From: Dudresnaya verticillata
Lineage: Eukaryota
Assembly: GCA_977862235.1 (NCBI GenBank)
Contig: OZ374565.1
Span: forward strand, 2,108,001-2,172,000
Direction: 5' to 3'
Length of the DNA stretch: 64,000 nucleotides
Shown here: one piece after another, positions 12,332-24,952 of the stretch
Numbering within the stretch: the first letter of the stretch is position 1
Layout: each line of letters begins with the position of its first letter
Notes under the pieces: generated by a model
What the model saw: only the letters and a program-made list of their open reading frames with translations
The model's database searches: none
Told to the model about the DNA's origin: nothing
Translations under genes and position numbers: made by a program

Positions 12332-14009
12332 AACTCCTGGGTTTCTTCATGAGGTTTGGAACCCTGGTTCGAGAGCGCGGCAGAAAAGTGGTGGGTAAAC
12401 CATTCCTTGTCGACTTCTTCGACTACGGAAGTGCCAACGGGTTGCGCAAAAGTGGAGGTAAGGGTATCAAACTCATCCAGGTCGGTACTAATTGCCTGGT
12501 GGTGAGTCTCCTCAATTCTTTGATTTCCTGCCAAGCCATTACCATCCTCGGTGTCATCCTCAGGGTGCTGGTCGGTCTCTTGCTCGAGGCCGACAACTAG
12601 GTCCGACACAATATGCACGGATGATTCCCCATTCGTGAGCTTTTCTCGAACATAGCTGCGAATGGAACCCGGAGCACACCGATGGCTGGGCTTCCACGGG
12701 GAGAAACCACATTTGTGACACTCATTACGGCGTCTGCTCTCATCAAATGTACGTCCAAACTTGTTCGGGGCCTTGTTGTTCCTCGGGAGATTGTCATCAT
12801 GCTTGCGGACGTACTTCGGGTGACGACCGTACTGCCCGTAGTGAGTTTCTTGCGATGGCGTATAGCGGGTAGAATTCGAACCAGATTGCAGATCCTGGAT
12901 ATCGTCCTCGGGTTCCAGGCTCTCGCGGAGAGCAGTGACGAACTGGTTGAAGCTGTACTTTGCAGTGACCAGATGGCTGATTGGAATTTTTGCCCATGAG
13001 TACTGCAGGATAGCACCACGGAGGTAGCGAATACGGTGCTGCTCCCTACGAAAATCTGTAGCGCACTGTGGGCTCATGACTTCGATGTGGTCGACAATTT
13101 TTGTGAGTCCATCAGATACAGAGGTTATCTCCTTCTCGGACATGAAGCGGTGGAGCTTGAGGTTTTCCAAGGAGGTCTGAACTTGGAGCTGTCGAGCATC
13201 GTTGTAGTACTCGTTCTTCATTAGCCTCGCCATGTCATCAAATGACATATCGTCTCGAGAGTTGTTGAAGAAGAAGTTTCGGGCAGCGCCTTCTAGAACA
13301 TTGATGAAGTAGTCTGCCTTTTGCACCGGGGTAAGACGATGTTGACGAGCGCAGATATTGTAATCACGAAGCAACAAGTCTATGGACTGAGAAAGGTTGC
13401 CAGTGAACTTGCGTGACTTGAAGTACTGATGCACGTAAGCTGCTTTACGAGATTCGTCTCGCACTGGGCGGAAGTTATTTTGACCATGGGTTCAGCAGAA
13501 ACGTTCGAAGCACTATTCGCACGGCGATCCGGCCGGGCAGAAAGTCTCTCAGAGCGCGACGGGTTGATATCACGAGGCGCAGGGGAATCGTGGCGACTGT
13601 TTCGTTCAGCGCTGGCCTCCTTCTCGACGGCGGGTGAAGGTTCAGTTCCCGCACGACCCATTGGAACAGTCACACCGTTTCCATAAGACTGGTTGTTTGC
13701 TCTGTTCATACGAAGGAAGGATAAGTCTCCACGGAAGCGACGATAAGTTTCAAGAACTTGCTTCACTTCACTCGCGTTCAAACCCTGAAGTTTCGCGAAC
13801 CAAACATGCGTGAGCAGGTTGGGACTTTCAGCGTTAAGATCAGAAAGTGCAGTTCCCTCAACGGCACCTTCTGTGTGGTGAAGTGAGCCGTGGCGCGCAT
13901 GCGGCCCACCGACGGCGAGCCAACCGTAACGGGTGATGTGGCAATACGCCACGCTGATGATATCATCAGATATCTGGCAACGTGTAACCGTGTCGGATGT
14001 TGTGCGCAT
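12325..14009 (-). pseudogene. gag: Gag-like protein with zinc knuckle, probably frameshifted near 13450
   Basis: KFTG..LEGAARNFF capsid-like segment; CHKCGFSPWKPSHRC knuckle; overlapping ORFs 13380-14009 and 12325-13464. Confidence 0.7.
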
Positions 14010-14149
14010 TGCTGTACGCCGGTACGCATTGCTGTACAGTAATGAAGCGCACCAACCATACCGGAGTATTTGCAGTGTTTATTCTTTATTTTTAGTGAGT
14101 ATCTGTACAGTATGTAGAGCAGTGCGCCAGCCAATGAGAATGCTGCGCA

Positions 14150-14560
14150 TGTCCGTGTCGGAGATTGGGACCAGCAGGGCCGATTCCACCATGGGTCCAG
14201 ACCACTAGGGTCTGGCCCCCACGGACCGGACCGCTCGGTGCCACCCTGACTTGTATATCAGGGCGGCACCGCAGCGGCTCCTAAGGTAAACGGGTAAGCA
14301 ACCTTAGCCCAATCCTTTACGGTTTTCCCCGCGCCGAGCCCGTTGCGGTCTACCACCACCAACGTTACGGAGTCCGTCCCGGCACTTGTACCACCCCCTT
14401 GTCTGTTGCTTCCCAATATCCGTCTCGGTTAGCCGCTCGCTGTTCTCCCGTTACGGTGCGAACTTCTCTACCACCCCGTGGAGGTAGTGTTGCTCTCGTC
14501 CGTTAAGGAAAGTCAGGCCAGCTGTCCGTCTCGGAGTTCGTGGGTTTTCACTACACCACA
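14150..14560 (+). repeat. Family A 5' LTR (start uncertain)
   Basis: Ends CACCACA just before the PBS; TG at 14150 is only a candidate start; no partner LTR in the window. Confidence 0.55.
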
Positions 14561-14565
14561 TCTTT

Positions 14566-14583
14566 TGGTCTCCCGACCTAGAA
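14566..14583 (+). promoter_or_regulatory. Primer binding site TGGTCTCCCGACCTAGAA
   Basis: TGG-starting 18-mer beside an LTR end; identical at 31602-31619(-), 44810-44827(-) and 54932-54949(+). Confidence 0.9.
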
Positions 14584-14708
14584 CACCGTCACGGTTGGAA
14601 GAAACAGCCGTCGAAATCCGCTACGGTAGGAATTCGGCTGTACCGACAACCCGTTACGGAATATTGGATAGACAAGCAAGAACAACCGTTGTGTTCCGTT
14701 AAGGTATC

Positions 14709-17297
14709 ATGCAGAATGAAGAACACGCAGACCCTCCCGTTACGGAACCTAAAGCGGGTGACACTACCCCCGCTGCGCGCAGTCTGCGCAGTGAAGGAGG
14801 TGAAATCCGTTCCGGAGTGGAGAACCCAGAAGATATCCTTAAGGGTGCTGCTGGTAAAGCTCCCCGTTCCCGTGTCGGATCAGACGCCTCGAAGAAGGCA
14901 GCTCCGCAACCCAAGCCGGAATCCCATCGGGTCCACTGGGTCCTGTCGGAGGTCCTTCCTAGGGTGTTAGAGCATCTCCGATTGGAAGTACAACCTGGAA
15001 TGGTAAAAGAGGTGGAGATATCCCTCTCGGAAACTGTTCCGTCTTTAGTTAATTCCTATCTGGAGCAGCACCTTCCTCGGATAGTACAAGCTTTGATCCT
15101 ACAGGAAAAGGTGGCCACCGAGCTCGAGAGCCAGGTTGCTCCCGGCATGGCAAGGCCTCCCGCTACGGAAGCTTTTACTGAGCAACCACCGTTACGGAAT
15201 GAATTCCCGGTCGAGCGAAGAACGCAGCAGCCGCAACAACCCCCCGTTATGGGATTGCCGCCGGGCACAGTACCCTCTGGGCCACTGCCACCGGCTCCCG
15301 TAACGGATTCTCAACATCAACACGCCCATACGGGACCAACACATACTCAGCCACCGTTACGGTATTCTCCTGGACACGTAGATGTGCCTACGCCAGGGCG
15401 CTATCAGCAAGAGCGCTATACCGTTCCGGTTCGATCAGGTGGAGGCAGCGACCATCTCAGCGATGCGTCCAGCTCACCCCATCCGAGTCGGAGGACCAGT
15501 CGAGGTCGGCATAAACGAGATGCCCGACACTCCCGCTCTGACCCTCCCCGTCGGTCGCACATGGGCGACCACACCCAGCGACGACGCCACCAATCCGGTA
15601 TAGAATCCAATGAGAGCAGCTCGGAGGATAGCCAACACCGCCGCCGCAAGAGGAGAAACAAAAGATCGCGGAAACGCGAAAAAAGGCATGACTCCTCTAC
15701 CTCTACGGATTCAGACTCAGAGAGTTCTTCCGTAACGGATAGAGAGAATAGGCACCGGGCCAGAAAACACGGTGCCAAATCCGGAAAGGTGAAGGTAATC
15801 CGGCCGCTACATGACAAGTTTGTCAAGGCGCTGGACTACCGCACCTACCGATTGGATAAGAGGAGTAAGACATACGGCTCTAAGTTCTCACAGAACATGA
15901 GCCGTATACGGAAGAAACTTGACGTCCAGATGTCGTCCCATACATTCGATGGGACGGACCCCATTACCGTCTTGGGATTTCTCGCTAAGTTCCGTGACGG
16001 TTGTAACATCAACGGCATCGCCGAAGGGGTTGCCGTCTGGTGCTTCCAGTTTTTCCTTAAAGGACAGGCCGAAGCCCTTCTACAGTCTAGGCTTGCTGGA
16101 GGTACCATGGCGGTTGACGAGGAGCAGGCCGAGATGCTCCGCACATATTCCGAGGTGGTGAACTTTTTATTGAGAACCTACGCTACGGATGAAGTGATTG
16201 CTGAAGCCTATACGGATGTCAGCAACTTCAGGCAAACATCCACCATGACGGAAGAGCAGTTCTCGAACCAGCTCTGGGCCAAGGCTCTCCGCTGCGGTAC
16301 AGTATTTTCCGATCGGGCATTGCAGTCACTGTTCGTTGTAGGACTCCTACCGGGCACTCGTCAACAGATGAGAAATTATCTAGCGACGCATTCCCAGTTG
16401 GATTATCAGGCCATCACTCGCTATGCGACTGGCCTGGGTCAGTCCCATCGGGCAGCTCGACGCCAAACCGTTCCGGCTCACGTCTTTGATGGGCGCACAA
16501 AAGCACGCCCGTCTAAGGTGTTATCGCTGGATTCCGTCTCGGAGGTACACTATGATCCGCAAGCAGATCCTTCCGTTACGGATGCTCAAGTCTTCGCTGT
16601 CGAGGGAGGCCACGGTGCCGCTACGGGAACGAGCACGGGGGTTACCTTTTCTACCCCGTACTCCTCGCCCCCGCAAAGCGTCCAACCTACTCCGCCCAGG
16701 ATGCCACGCGCGCAAGGTCCCCCCTATGGTGGTTCTCGCTCGGCTCCTGGCCCCCAACAGCAGCCGAGTCACCGTTACAGAAATAATGCCCACGATGGGC
16801 GAGGACAGCAGCAACCAGCACCTCCGCTACGGGATGAGTCGGATCCTCGGGTCCGACGCCTTTACGGAAGTGGCAACTGTCGCATCTGCCTTTCGCCAGA
16901 GCACGTTGTTTGCCCATGGATACATGACTCCGACCGGGTTAGGCTTATGGAAGAGCGCGAGCGCAACTTCCAGAAGCACTACCCTGTAGGTCGCAGGTTC
17001 GTAGTAGGAACCAGTTCGAATCCGCAAGGGAATCGGGGCAGACCGCAAACGCCCCCTCCGCAACGGAATGCCCCGATACTATCGGTGGAGGACCATGACG
17101 GAGTGGAACTCGCAGAATTGCGCGAGCCCATGGAGGCGGATCCGACTGGTGCAACCTTGAATTCGGAAAACTCAAGGGGGATGCGTAAGGGCACCGCCAT
17201 CCCCGTGTCACGGCGTTCCACCTCTCGCGAGTGTGGACCCGCCAGGGGATCGGCGAGATACCGTTACGGAACTCCCATTGGCTTATCAGACCAATGA
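14709..17297 (+). CDS. gag: Family A Gag (862 aa)
   Basis: DYRTYRL..FDGTDPI..FL capsid motif shared with the B, C and D Gags; CRIC..H..C knuckle. Confidence 0.88.
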   Translation: MQNEEHADPPVTEPKAGDTTPAARSLRSEGGEIRSGVENPEDILKGAAGKAPRSRVGSDASKKAAPQPKPESHRVHWVLSEVLPRVLEHLRLEVQPGMVKEVEISLSETVPSLVNSYLEQHLPRIVQALILQEKVATELESQVAPGMARPPATEAFTEQPPLRNEFPVERRTQQPQQPPVMGLPPGTVPSGPLPPAPVTDSQHQHAHTGPTHTQPPLRYSPGHVDVPTPGRYQQERYTVPVRSGGGSDHLSDASSSPHPSRRTSRGRHKRDARHSRSDPPRRSHMGDHTQRRRHQSGIESNESSSEDSQHRRRKRRNKRSRKREKRHDSSTSTDSDSESSSVTDRENRHRARKHGAKSGKVKVIRPLHDKFVKALDYRTYRLDKRSKTYGSKFSQNMSRIRKKLDVQMSSHTFDGTDPITVLGFLAKFRDGCNINGIAEGVAVWCFQFFLKGQAEALLQSRLAGGTMAVDEEQAEMLRTYSEVVNFLLRTYATDEVIAEAYTDVSNFRQTSTMTEEQFSNQLWAKALRCGTVFSDRALQSLFVVGLLPGTRQQMRNYLATHSQLDYQAITRYATGLGQSHRAARRQTVPAHVFDGRTKARPSKVLSLDSVSEVHYDPQADPSVTDAQVFAVEGGHGAATGTSTGVTFSTPYSSPPQSVQPTPPRMPRAQGPPYGGSRSAPGPQQQPSHRYRNNAHDGRGQQQPAPPLRDESDPRVRRLYGSGNCRICLSPEHVVCPWIHDSDRVRLMEERERNFQKHYPVGRRFVVGTSSNPQGNRGRPQTPPPQRNAPILSVEDHDGVELAELREPMEADPTGATLNSENSRGMRKGTAIPVSRRSTSRECGPARGSARYRYGTPIGLSDQ

Positions 17298-20200
17298 TAC
17301 TATCTTCTTTATGCAACATCAAAATTACAAGATGCAAATTACCGTGGGACGGACAGATAGCGTGATGCTTCCTTTAATCTCCGTCTTGGACTCTGGCGCT
17401 GGGCCCAATCTCATTAGTGCCAGGCGCCTTCCGCGACAATGGCTCCCACTCATACGCCCAGCAGCCAGTCCTCCATTACGGGATGCGTCTAATCGCGCTA
17501 TACGCCCTCTTGGTCAGATCCAACTTTTCGTCCGTATCGGAGAGCTCCGTGCTCGCGTCCATATTTTAGTGGTCGCGAACTTGGCGGCTCCCTGTATTTT
17601 GGGAACTACCTTCATCGACCGCTACGTGAAGGCAATCCTCCCTCCGTTACGGAAAGTTGTTTTTCATCATTACCCACCGGTATCCCTTGTTGGTCAAGCC
17701 AAAATTCCGAAGACGGGAACCACTGCAACCCTACAGCCCTCACCTCTCTCTACCGCTACGGTTTCTCAGAAAATTCGTTTAGCAAAATCTACCCTTATTC
17801 CCCCCATGACTCAAACCACCGTAACGGTTAATACCCCCACGGGTGGGTTATGCTTTCTACAAAATCATCCTAAGCCGGCTTTTAAGCACCTTACGTTAAT
17901 GGCTAATGGTATTATGGATGTTGTACCTAACAAACCGTTTCGGATCTGGGTCTCTAATTTTTCTAACAAGCCGGTACGGTTGCCCAAATCTACTGTCGTG
18001 GGCCTCGCCACTGCTGCCCCCTCTGCTATTTTTACCGTTGACGGTATACCTCCATTTTAAGGAGGGGGGAGGAATTATTCAATCATTTAATTCTAACCTT
18101 ACCTCCGAAAAGGCCAGCACCATCTCCCCTCACGACAAGGAAGTAAGCAAACCCGTAACGGAAAATTCAAATACTACCGACTGGAAGGATCAAGTCCAGA
18201 TCGGCACAGAAGAAGCATCGCTCCGCAAACGGATTTTAACCCTGCTCGAGGAATATAAGTCGATGTGGAGTGGCGATCTTGGCAACATTACAGCTGCCAA
18301 GCACCGCATCGAGTTAACTCCCGGAGCTAAGCCAGTATACCAAGCCCCATACCTTGCCGGACATAAGCAGCGAGATCTCGAAAAGACAGAGATCGATCGC
18401 ATGCTTTCCGCTAAGGTAATTGAACCAGCCTCATCGGAGTGGGCCAGCCCCGTGGTTTTCGTTCCAAAAAAGGACGGCACCATGCGGTTCTGTGTTGACT
18501 ATAGAAGGCTCAATTCCGTAACGGTTAGGGACTCATATCCCTTGCCCAGGATGGATGAGTGCATATATTCCCTTGGGGAAGCTACTGTATTTATCACCCT
18601 GGATTGCAATAGCGGATATTGGCAAGTCGAGATTCCGGAAGAGGAAACGGACAAAACTACCTTCACTAGCCATTTTGGCTTATATCGTTTTCGGAGAATG
18701 CCATTCGGATTGAAAAATGCACCGGCAACCTTCCAACGGGCAGTGGATATAATCCTTTCTACGGTTAAATGTCAATTTGCCCTCGTCTACCTAGACGATG
18801 TAATTGTCTACTCAAAAACCGTTACGGAACATTTCCACCACCTGAAGGAAGTCATTACGCTTTTACAATCCGCTGGGGTAACGTTGAAATTGTCAAAGTG
18901 TGACTTCTTCAACGCGTCTGTACAATACCTGGGGCATGTTATCCGTCCCGGAAAATTAGAAGTGGATAATAGAAATATCCAATCCGTTAAGGTCGCGAAG
19001 CCGCCGACAAACCAAACGGAATTGCGATCCTTCTTGGGAATGTGCAACGTGTATCGTCGCTTTGTACCCAACTTCGCTCGGATTTCAGCACCGCTAAATA
19101 AGAAAACCGGCAAGGGCTCACCCTTTGAGTTTGGAATATTATCCGATACGGAATATGAAGCCTTCGAGGAACTGAAATGACGCCTTATCTCTCCACCTAT
19201 ATTGGCTCTGCCCCGTCACGGATATAAATATACGTTGGACACTGACGCATGTGACCACCAAGTCGGCTGTGTCCTTCTGCAGGAACAACCGAATGGCGAT
19301 CACCTCCCTATTGGATATTGGAGCCGAAGCCTCACCGATGCGGAGAAAAATTATACGACAACCGAAAAGGAATGCTTAGCCGTGGTCTGGAGCATGTTAA
19401 CACTCCGACCCTACCTTTACGGCGACAAGTTTATTCTCCGAACGGATCACGATGCCCTGCAGTGGATCCTGAACCTCGCAGACTCATCTGGCCGCCTAGC
19501 CAGGTGGAGGCTCCGCCTATCGGAATTTGAATTTGAGGTACAATGCCGTCCTGGAATTAAGCATCAACTCGCCGATGGGATGTCGCGACTCCGAACGGAT
19601 GGCGGTGACGATAGACCTTTGGATGAAGAGATACCCTGCTTTGTCGCCGAAAATACCGTCGACGGATTATATGAGCATGGAGTTTATTTAACCGATTGGG
19701 CTACATCACAAGAAACCGCTACGGAAAATAACGTAATATGCGCCGTGAAACCCGCCAGTGGGAGTGCATCCGCCTCCCCTGACAAGCCCGACGCAATACC
19801 GTCACGGTTTACTGTGATCCAAGAATCCGACGTTAAGGATGAGACAATTACCAGGGAGGAGTTCCTCGAAGCGCAAGCCACAGACCCTTTCTGTCGTCTC
19901 AAAGCCGATACAGTAGGCTCCCCTGGATCACAGTTTGACTATGACCGTAACGGATTCTTGGTACGCAAGTCCCAGTTGGATGGTGCTCTGCAGAAGGTAG
20001 TGCCAAGCGAGCTCCGTGGACGGGTATTGTATTTATCCCACTACACCCTGATGTCGGGTCACCCAGGTGGAATTAAGATGTAATATACACTCCGACAGGA
20101 TTATTATTGGCCTCATATGGCCAACGATGTATTTGAATCCGTTCGGAAATGTCGCTCCTGCGTGAAGACAAAGGGAACCCGCTTTCGGAATCAAAGGTTT

Positions 20201-21508
20201 ATGAAACTTTTCCCCGCTAGCGGACCTTTGGAGTTTGTCGCTATCGAAATTCTCGGGCCACTTGCAAAGACAAAACGGGGTTATGTCTACGTCTTGGTAA
20301 TTACCGATCGGTTCTCTAAGCTGACGCGCTGTATCCCGTTACGGACAACAACAGCCGTTGTGGTGGCTAACCCCTTTCTGGACTTTTGGGTGTACGTCTA
20401 CGGCGCACCCCAATTTGACCTAACCGATAACGGACCGCAATTTACTGCTAAGTTCTTCGACGCGGTGTGTTCCTTACTAGGAGTCAGGCACCTGCTAACC
20501 GCTGCCTACCATCCGCAGACAAATGGGCAAGCTGAGCAATTTAATAAGACAATCGCCCAACGTTTGCGCCATTACGTTGAGGATCATCACTCCGATTGGG
20601 ATTTGTACCTGCAACCGTTGACATATGCGTACAACATGCAGGTACACCGTATTACGGAAACAACGCCATTTGATTTGGTGCTGACACGCCACCCATCGGA
20701 CATTGTTGTACGAGGGGCTCCTGTCGAGCATCAAGAAACCGTTACGGAAGGGCGTATGACCCCGGTGCTACAGAAGCGGAGCACCATGCGCCGTTTACGG
20801 TACGCGCTCCAGACAGCGCGCACGAAGCAGACAGTGGCTCAGCAAAAAGCCAAGGCACTGTTTGACCGTAAGGTGCGCTTTAGGCCCATAATCCGAAGCG
20901 GAGATCAAGTCTATGTCGACCGGCCGCCCCATAACTTGCGGCCGGCCGAACGCCGTGAGCGGGACCGATTGGAAGGCAAACCGGACGATGTGGGCGAGGT
21001 GGCTCAGGAAATGAAGAAACTCCTTCCGAGAGTCACGGGGCCTTATGAAGTGGAATCCACAACGGAACATGTCGTTACAATCCGCAAGGAAGGGGTATTG
21101 ATCCCCGTAAGTATCGATCGCATGACGAAGGTTCCGATCGGAGTTGCGGTTCAGCCGGTACCCTTAACAGTGCCGTCTGTCACGCCATCAACCGTCTACA
21201 GAGAAGTAGTGCCACATCCAGAAGGTACTACAGTAGTACCTCCTTCTGAAGGTACTACTCCCTCCGCGACGGAGCCACTGCAAGCCGATACGGAATATGT
21301 GATCGACAAGATTGTTGGTCACCGCGACGAACCTACTGGGATGACATACAAAGTCCGCTGGTATGGTTACCCTCCGGATCAGGACACTTTTGAGCCCGCG
21401 GAGGAGTTACCGCAGAATTTGATCTACCGATATTGGAAGCAAAGGAAAAAGACATCCGCTAAGGGTAAGCCACGGCGACGTGCTAATCCAACACGTCACT
21501 CACCGTAA
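17233..21508 (+). pseudogene. pol: Family A Pol (protease, RT, RNase H, integrase, chromodomain), disrupted
   Basis: LDSGA; RFCVDYRRLN, YLDD; TDAC, EKECLA; AYHPQTNG; EYVIDKIVGHR..YKVRWYGY..DTFEP. Frameshift ~18058; stops at 19178 and 20081. Confidence 0.95.
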
Positions 21509-21608
21509 CGGACAGTTGGAGTGCTGGGGTGTGAGAACACACAATGTTTATCGCAAGCTAAGATCGAGGCATAATGGAAACCGTTAAGGAGATCGTCGAA
21601 CTGTAACT

Positions 21609-23608
21609 CTAAAAGTTACGTCGACACCGCTTCGGAGCAGGGGCAACTGTATCTTCCTCGTTGCTCCCCTGACCCGTTCGTAAGCCGGGTTCCCCACTCG
21701 GATCCGATTGGAATACGCGCTGCGTAGCGTCTCCCAAGACGCGAACCGCACTATCCATGCGCCGACGCTGACGACGGACCACTGCGCGCAGATGAATCAA
21801 CTTCTCCATCAGTCCCTCCGCTAAGGTTAGCACTTCCTGAACGGATCCTGGCAATGGGAAGCGCTGCGGACGGCAAATGCCCCGTAGCACCTGTAACCCA
21901 CTTTCCGTAGCGGCTAAGTGAGCCGGAACCTTAACGGGGGGATCCTCATCTTCTTGAAATTCTACCTTAGGGGAGATCGACGGCTTATCCCTAACCCCGG
22001 CTTCGAGTGAATGTTCCGTTGAGGAGACCACCAATACGGATGGTCCCGAGTCGGGTGAAGGTACGTCCTTCCGCAGCGGTGGACCCGTGTCCTTCTCTGG
22101 CGAGGCGATATCGCTTTTCCGTAACGGTTCAGGACTTGACGCGAGAACCGAGGGCTTGTCTCCAGTTGCCCCAACACTTGGGCGCGTTGCAGCCACTTCC
22201 GATACGGTGATCGACGCCGCATCCCCCGCTGGTGTGGGAGTGGGCGCCAACAGTGGAGCACTTGGCGGGAGCGGTTCAACGGCAGCAGGCACTTGCGTCG
22301 CAGGAGACAGAGCCGCCGGCACAGTATCCGGCGCCACTTCCGTAACGGTCTGCTGCTTTGAGGTCCCCTTCTCGGATGGTGCCGCGGGCTTGGTCACCGC
22401 CATAATCGGCGCAACCACGCCTATGGGCGTTGGAGCCTTATCCGATACGGGAGTAGTGGTCTCACGATCCACATCGCGCAGCGTGGGTGTCGCGACCACC
22501 GGAAGGATTGGAGCGGGTGTCTTCTCGCTACCCGCTGCCATTGAGGCGACGGGCGTTACCTCCTCCTGTTCTTCCAAGAAGGGGTCAGCTTCTTGCTGCC
22601 TCACCGTAACGGAATCGCGTGGGTCGATTGTACGCGAACGCCCCGCTGCCTCCTGACAGATCCCCCAATCTTCAGCTTCGTCCAAACCGTCACAGTACGC
22701 ACCCCTTGGTGCTTGGCGAGGGGCATAGCCCCGATGGGCCTGCACCTCTAAGGCCAACTATTCCGGACGCGGATCTTCTCGATGAAGGAAATATGGCTCA
22801 CCCACTCCGGGCCTAAGCGGGGGCACCGATAGGACACGGTTCTCGTCCAAACTATACGCCAAGAAGCCCGGAGTGCGTTGCCAATCCTGCTCGCCGTGTA
22901 CGGATAAAAGACGCTCAACCCGATGGAGAGGGTACGCCGACCCCGTCACCAAATCGGCTACGCCGACTTGGCGAATTAGGGCGATCACCGTTACGGGAAG
23001 TTGAAAGATACGGCCACAGTCTCCCCCGGGCAGGTCATCCTCATCCCGTGGGAAGCATCGCCAGTCAGCTAACTTGGTGTTATACCGTACTCCGTAATAG
23101 GCCACCTGGAGCGACGAGAAGAGCACCAGCATTACCCATTCCGATCGGAAGATGCGCCACAGTACATCGAGCTGATCTTGATTTGGGGGACGCTCTCCGT
23201 TCGGATGCTTGTGATTCCACTCCCGTTCGGTGAGTAAGTCCGCCGAGAAGTATGCTAAAACGGAAGGCGTGGGGACAGACAACCAACGGGTCACCTCATA
23301 ACGCTCCCACCATGACGGAGCTGTAAGGTACAATTCACGACGCACCCGATACGGAAGATGGAAGAACTCCTTAGTGTTCCACGTATGCAGGATTGGCGAG
23401 CCAACTTGTATTCCGTCACGGGAACGAGTTCGCAAACGGTGTTCCGTCGCGGCATCGTCCTTCCACCCATCGGCATAGCGGAACCAATATATCGATTGGT
23501 CATAGGGGCGGTCGAAGCAAATGAATTGCACTCCGACCGGCGCACCCCGGAGACGTAAACCTTTGGCCAACAGGTGACTCACCTTTGCGGTATATCCTAC
23601 CTCCCCAT
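21609..23608 (-). pseudogene. Family A antisense accessory ORF (unknown Trp/Tyr-rich domain + P/A/T/S-rich linker + basic helical tail), copy 1
   Basis: ORFs 22758-23699 and 21609-22757 are in one frame, split by a TAG that is TGG in copy 2; homologous to the family B antisense ORF. Confidence 0.8.
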
Positions 23609-24510
23609 TGTGGTGCAAGGGGAGGTGAGCCCTTTTTCGCTGAAAGCGGGCAGACCAAATACGTCGACCGACGGAGAAACCGCCACCGGTGCTCACCACC
23701 GCCGTTGGCGCGCGAACACGTCATCGACGGCTCACTGGGGCGCGCGCGCACACTACGCGCCGCGCGCCACGCGGGCACTGTACGGTGATGGGCCGACGTG
23801 GCGCCCCGGGGCACTGTGATACGGATCCAGATGCGATCTGGATCCGGTATCCAGATTGGCTATCTGGATCGCCTGAGCTGTAAGATACGCGCCTGTAAGG
23901 CTGCGGGTGTTCGCATTGCTGGCCCGATCCGGATGGAATCGGGATCGGACAAGTATCGGATTAGATCCAAGGCGCACGCTCTACAGTATGCGCGCGCGCA
24001 CGGCTGTAAGGCACACGCGTCCACGTGTGCGTGTAAGCACCCACACAGGGGGTTGTACGGCAACCGGTCAGGCGCGCGGCTGCATGCGATGGGTGATCTG
24101 TCAGACGCACCTCGGGACGACACGTGTCCCGAGTTCCCGCGCTACGCACACGCACCGCCGCCGCCGCACCGCCGTACTATACTTAGGTAAGCTGTCCCAG
24201 ACGTAACAGTAAACGCCCGGGCAAGCCGGCCTTGGTCCAGACTTCCCCGTTCCGCACGCGCGTATCCTACCGCTGCCTACGGCTCAAGCGTCTACCTCCC
24301 GTGCTTCCACGTCTACCATCGTCCTTGACATGTTCCCTTTCTGTTTCCTTTTCCCTTCCTTTCCGCCTCGGGCGTCTACAGTCCGCCCAAGGCGTGTCCT
24401 TTGCTCTACCAACAAGTCGCCCAAGGCGAGGCTACTCACCGCCAAGGGCGCAGCTACCCACCGAGCCCCGAACTGCTCGGCGGTCTATCGTCTCAGACGT
24501 TTGCACCACA
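23609..24510 (+). repeat. Family B LTR (902 bp), isolated
   Basis: TGTGGTGCAA...TTGCACCACA; reverse complement of 32425-33330 and 44830-45731; flanks CCCAT/CGTTG do not form a TSD. Confidence 0.95.
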
Positions 24511-24952
24511 CGTTGGCGTCATCGGTAACTAACTTCGGGCCCTCCTTCCGTGTCAGCATCCAAGGCCTAGGCCTCTCTTCGCGGTGCGACACCCCAGTGT
24601 CAGGAGTTGGTGCCCGAGTTAGCTTTTCGCCTGCGGCGGTTGTTGTGGCGCTACATAGCGGTTGATCATCGTCGGATGACGTTCTGCCGTGTGCGGCATG
24701 GGTCTGCCTCGTGGCGATTGTGGTCGTGCAGCACGGCGAGCAGCGTCGCGGGTCGCGCGTTCCTTGCAACGTACATACGCATCAGCGGGGACACCAGCCT
24801 TCTCAGCCTCGGTTAGTCCTTCACAGTTGGTAATAACCTTCATGAAGTCGCTCATGCGGAGGAAGCAGTCCGGCGCGATGTGTCTGCCGGCGTAGCATTG
24901 GTGGCATACCAGCTGCCGACGCGCGTCTTGACGGGGCGGACCTCTGTCCTGC
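24511..24952 (-). mobile_element. Family B internal fragment (gag-pol junction)
   Basis: Direct near-copy of ~42032-42474. Confidence 0.92.

Larger units (their letters stand above)
11061..14149 (-). mobile_element. Copia-type LTR retrotransposon, truncated after the integrase core (no RT/RNase H)
   Basis: Domain order gag-protease-integrase is diagnostic of Ty1/copia. Confidence 0.8.
14150..23608 (+). mobile_element. Ty3/gypsy chromovirus family A, copy 1 (5' LTR, gag, pol, antisense ORF; 3' end lost)
   Basis: PBS, gag, PR-RT-RH-IN-chromodomain order; cut at 23608 by a family B LTR. Confidence 0.93.

Noticed and set aside
14041..14149. PBS and LTR of the Copia-type element
   Set aside because: TGGTTGGTGCGC on the minus strand is PBS-like, but there is no adjacent CA LTR end and no second LTR to confirm it.
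21609..23608. Antisense ORF as an env gene
   Set aside because: Opposite strand to pol, with no evident signal peptide or membrane anchor.
23609..23699. N-terminus MVSTGGG... of ORF 22758-23699
   Set aside because: It is read-in from the inserted B LTR, not part of the antisense gene.
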